Virus record (IMG/VR): IMGVR_UViG_3300017747_001103
Coordinates: 1 to 54,882 of that record
Length of the DNA: 54,882 nucleotides
Source of the DNA: a virus
Lineage: Duplodnaviria > Caudoviricetes
Strand: one strand, 5' to 3'
The notes under the pieces are model-generated. The model worked only from the letters and a program-made list of their open reading frames with translations. It was not told the origin of the DNA and ran no database searches. Positions 54,056 through 54,882 of this stretch are shown here, in pieces (the first letter of the stretch is position 1; each line of letters opens with the position of its first letter). A program made the translations under genes and the position numbers.

Positions 54056-54882
54056 CTACACCGCATAAGGGTTGGTTCGCTTCCGACTGGCGTAGACGTA
54101 GTCGTCATCGTCGTCGTCTGGCGGTTCAGGGTCAATGTCCAAGAATCTAGCATCCCGCAAGTATCTCAGAGCCTGTGTACAACTGTCCACGAAATCATCA
54201 TGGGTTGAATCAGGGAAACTGCATATCTGGCTTACGAACCCCTCAGCCCAGTCCCTTACGTATCCTTTACGTTGAGTGCTCTCAGGTATCCACACGCGCT
54301 TGTGAGCAATAATGTTGGCGACAATACTAAGTCGCTGAATCTTATCGGCTCTGCCGGGGTTGTATGCCCTGACTGGGAGGTGAGCTCGTTGTAAGTCTTG
54401 GATAAGTGATATACCCGAAGCCTTGTCTTCAATGAGTATAAGGTCAACCTTTTTGCCACCGACAAAGTTTCCTCTGCCTTCTTCCTCGGGATCAGACCCA
54501 AACGATACTTTGAATTCCTCGATAACCTTCGGACGTAGATCCGGGTACTGTAGCCTGTCTTGCCATGCGTCAATGAGCATGACGGCCATTGGCCCATCAA
54601 GTGGTTTAAAAATGCCCCACGTTGTCGCCGCAGTCGGGTCATTGACGGTCTTCTCCGTGTAAGCACAGTCATAGCTTTGGAGTACAAACTCAAATTTAGG
54701 GAAGGGTTTATTACATGGCCACAGTCTGAACATGTCACGCTTAACGATGCCAGACTCCTCAGGGTCGATCAGCTCAGCCTCAATCTCCTGCCTGCCAAGG
54801 CTAGTGCCCTCGTATTGTAAGATTTGCTTCTTGAAGTTGTCAGCTAGGTTAGCTATGTTGGCGTAGGTTGAGGCACGGGTTA
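54056..54882 (-). CDS. terL: Terminase large subunit, 3' part (RNase H-like nuclease)
   Basis: QSYDCA, LIEDKASG, FPDSTHDDFVDS; in frame with 736..1 across the circular junction. Confidence 0.95.
   Translation of the reverse strand, partial: TRASTYANIANLADNFKKQILQYEGTSLGRQEIEAELIDPEESGIVKRDMFRLWPCNKPFPKFEFVLQSYDCAYTEKTVNDPTAATTWGIFKPLDGPMAVMLIDAWQDRLQYPDLRPKVIEEFKVSFGSDPEEEGRGNFVGGKKVDLILIEDKASGISLIQDLQRAHLPVRAYNPGRADKIQRLSIVANIIAHKRVWIPESTQRKGYVRDWAEGFVSQICSFPDSTHDDFVDSCTQALRYLRDARFLDIDPEPPDDDDDDYVYASRKRTNPYAV
54760..54882. repeat. Terminal direct repeat, right copy
   Basis: Identical to 1-123. Confidence 0.97.

Noticed and set aside
54760-54882. 123-bp repeat as a biological terminal repeat or att site
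   Set aside because: It falls mid-terL and the frame reads through when collapsed, which is typical of a circular-assembly overlap.
1-54882. Stop-codon reassignment, introns or inteins
   Set aside because: Core genes are intact at expected sizes in the standard code, all three stops are used, and no intein or homing-nuclease insertion is visible in terL or the helicase.

Overview
The window is an apparently complete, circularly permuted tailed dsDNA phage genome. Bases 1-123 repeat exactly at 54760-54882, giving a unit length of 54,759 bp, and the terminase large subunit gene is split across that junction. Most genes are on the minus strand. The late arm runs: TerL, a 1508-aa multi-domain 'polyvalent' protein, portal, GroES, scaffold, major capsid, a block of small Lys/GG-rich proteins, adaptor and fibre genes, lysis genes, a podovirus-like tail, then putative ejection proteins, ending at a terminator near 15.56 kb. 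A second minus-strand block holds a Cro-like HTH, a replication initiator, a primase Zn finger, an SF4 helicase, RuvC, many small genes and TerS. One short plus-strand operon (11.3-15.5 kb) carries an SSB-like protein, an HTH, a secreted protein/lipoprotein pair and two PD-(D/E)xK nucleases. I saw no integrase, CI repressor, DNA polymerase, tRNA, CRISPR array or reverse transcriptase. The gene content resembles uncultured freshwater proteobacterial podophages (inference). Most notable signals: (1) a [K/M/F/Y/L]-[A/K]-x-G-G motif in at least nine late-arm proteins, sitting at module boundaries of the polyprotein, with a candidate processing domain and no recognisable prohead protease; (2) a C4/CI-like antisense RNA with matching target sites upstream of the replication genes; (3) a TraB/Tiki-like gene between holin and endolysin; (4) six paralogues sharing an 'EREACA' C-terminal module; (5) a loop-E-containing structured RNA near 2.7-2.9 kb. 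All family calls come from motif recognition by eye; no searches were run.
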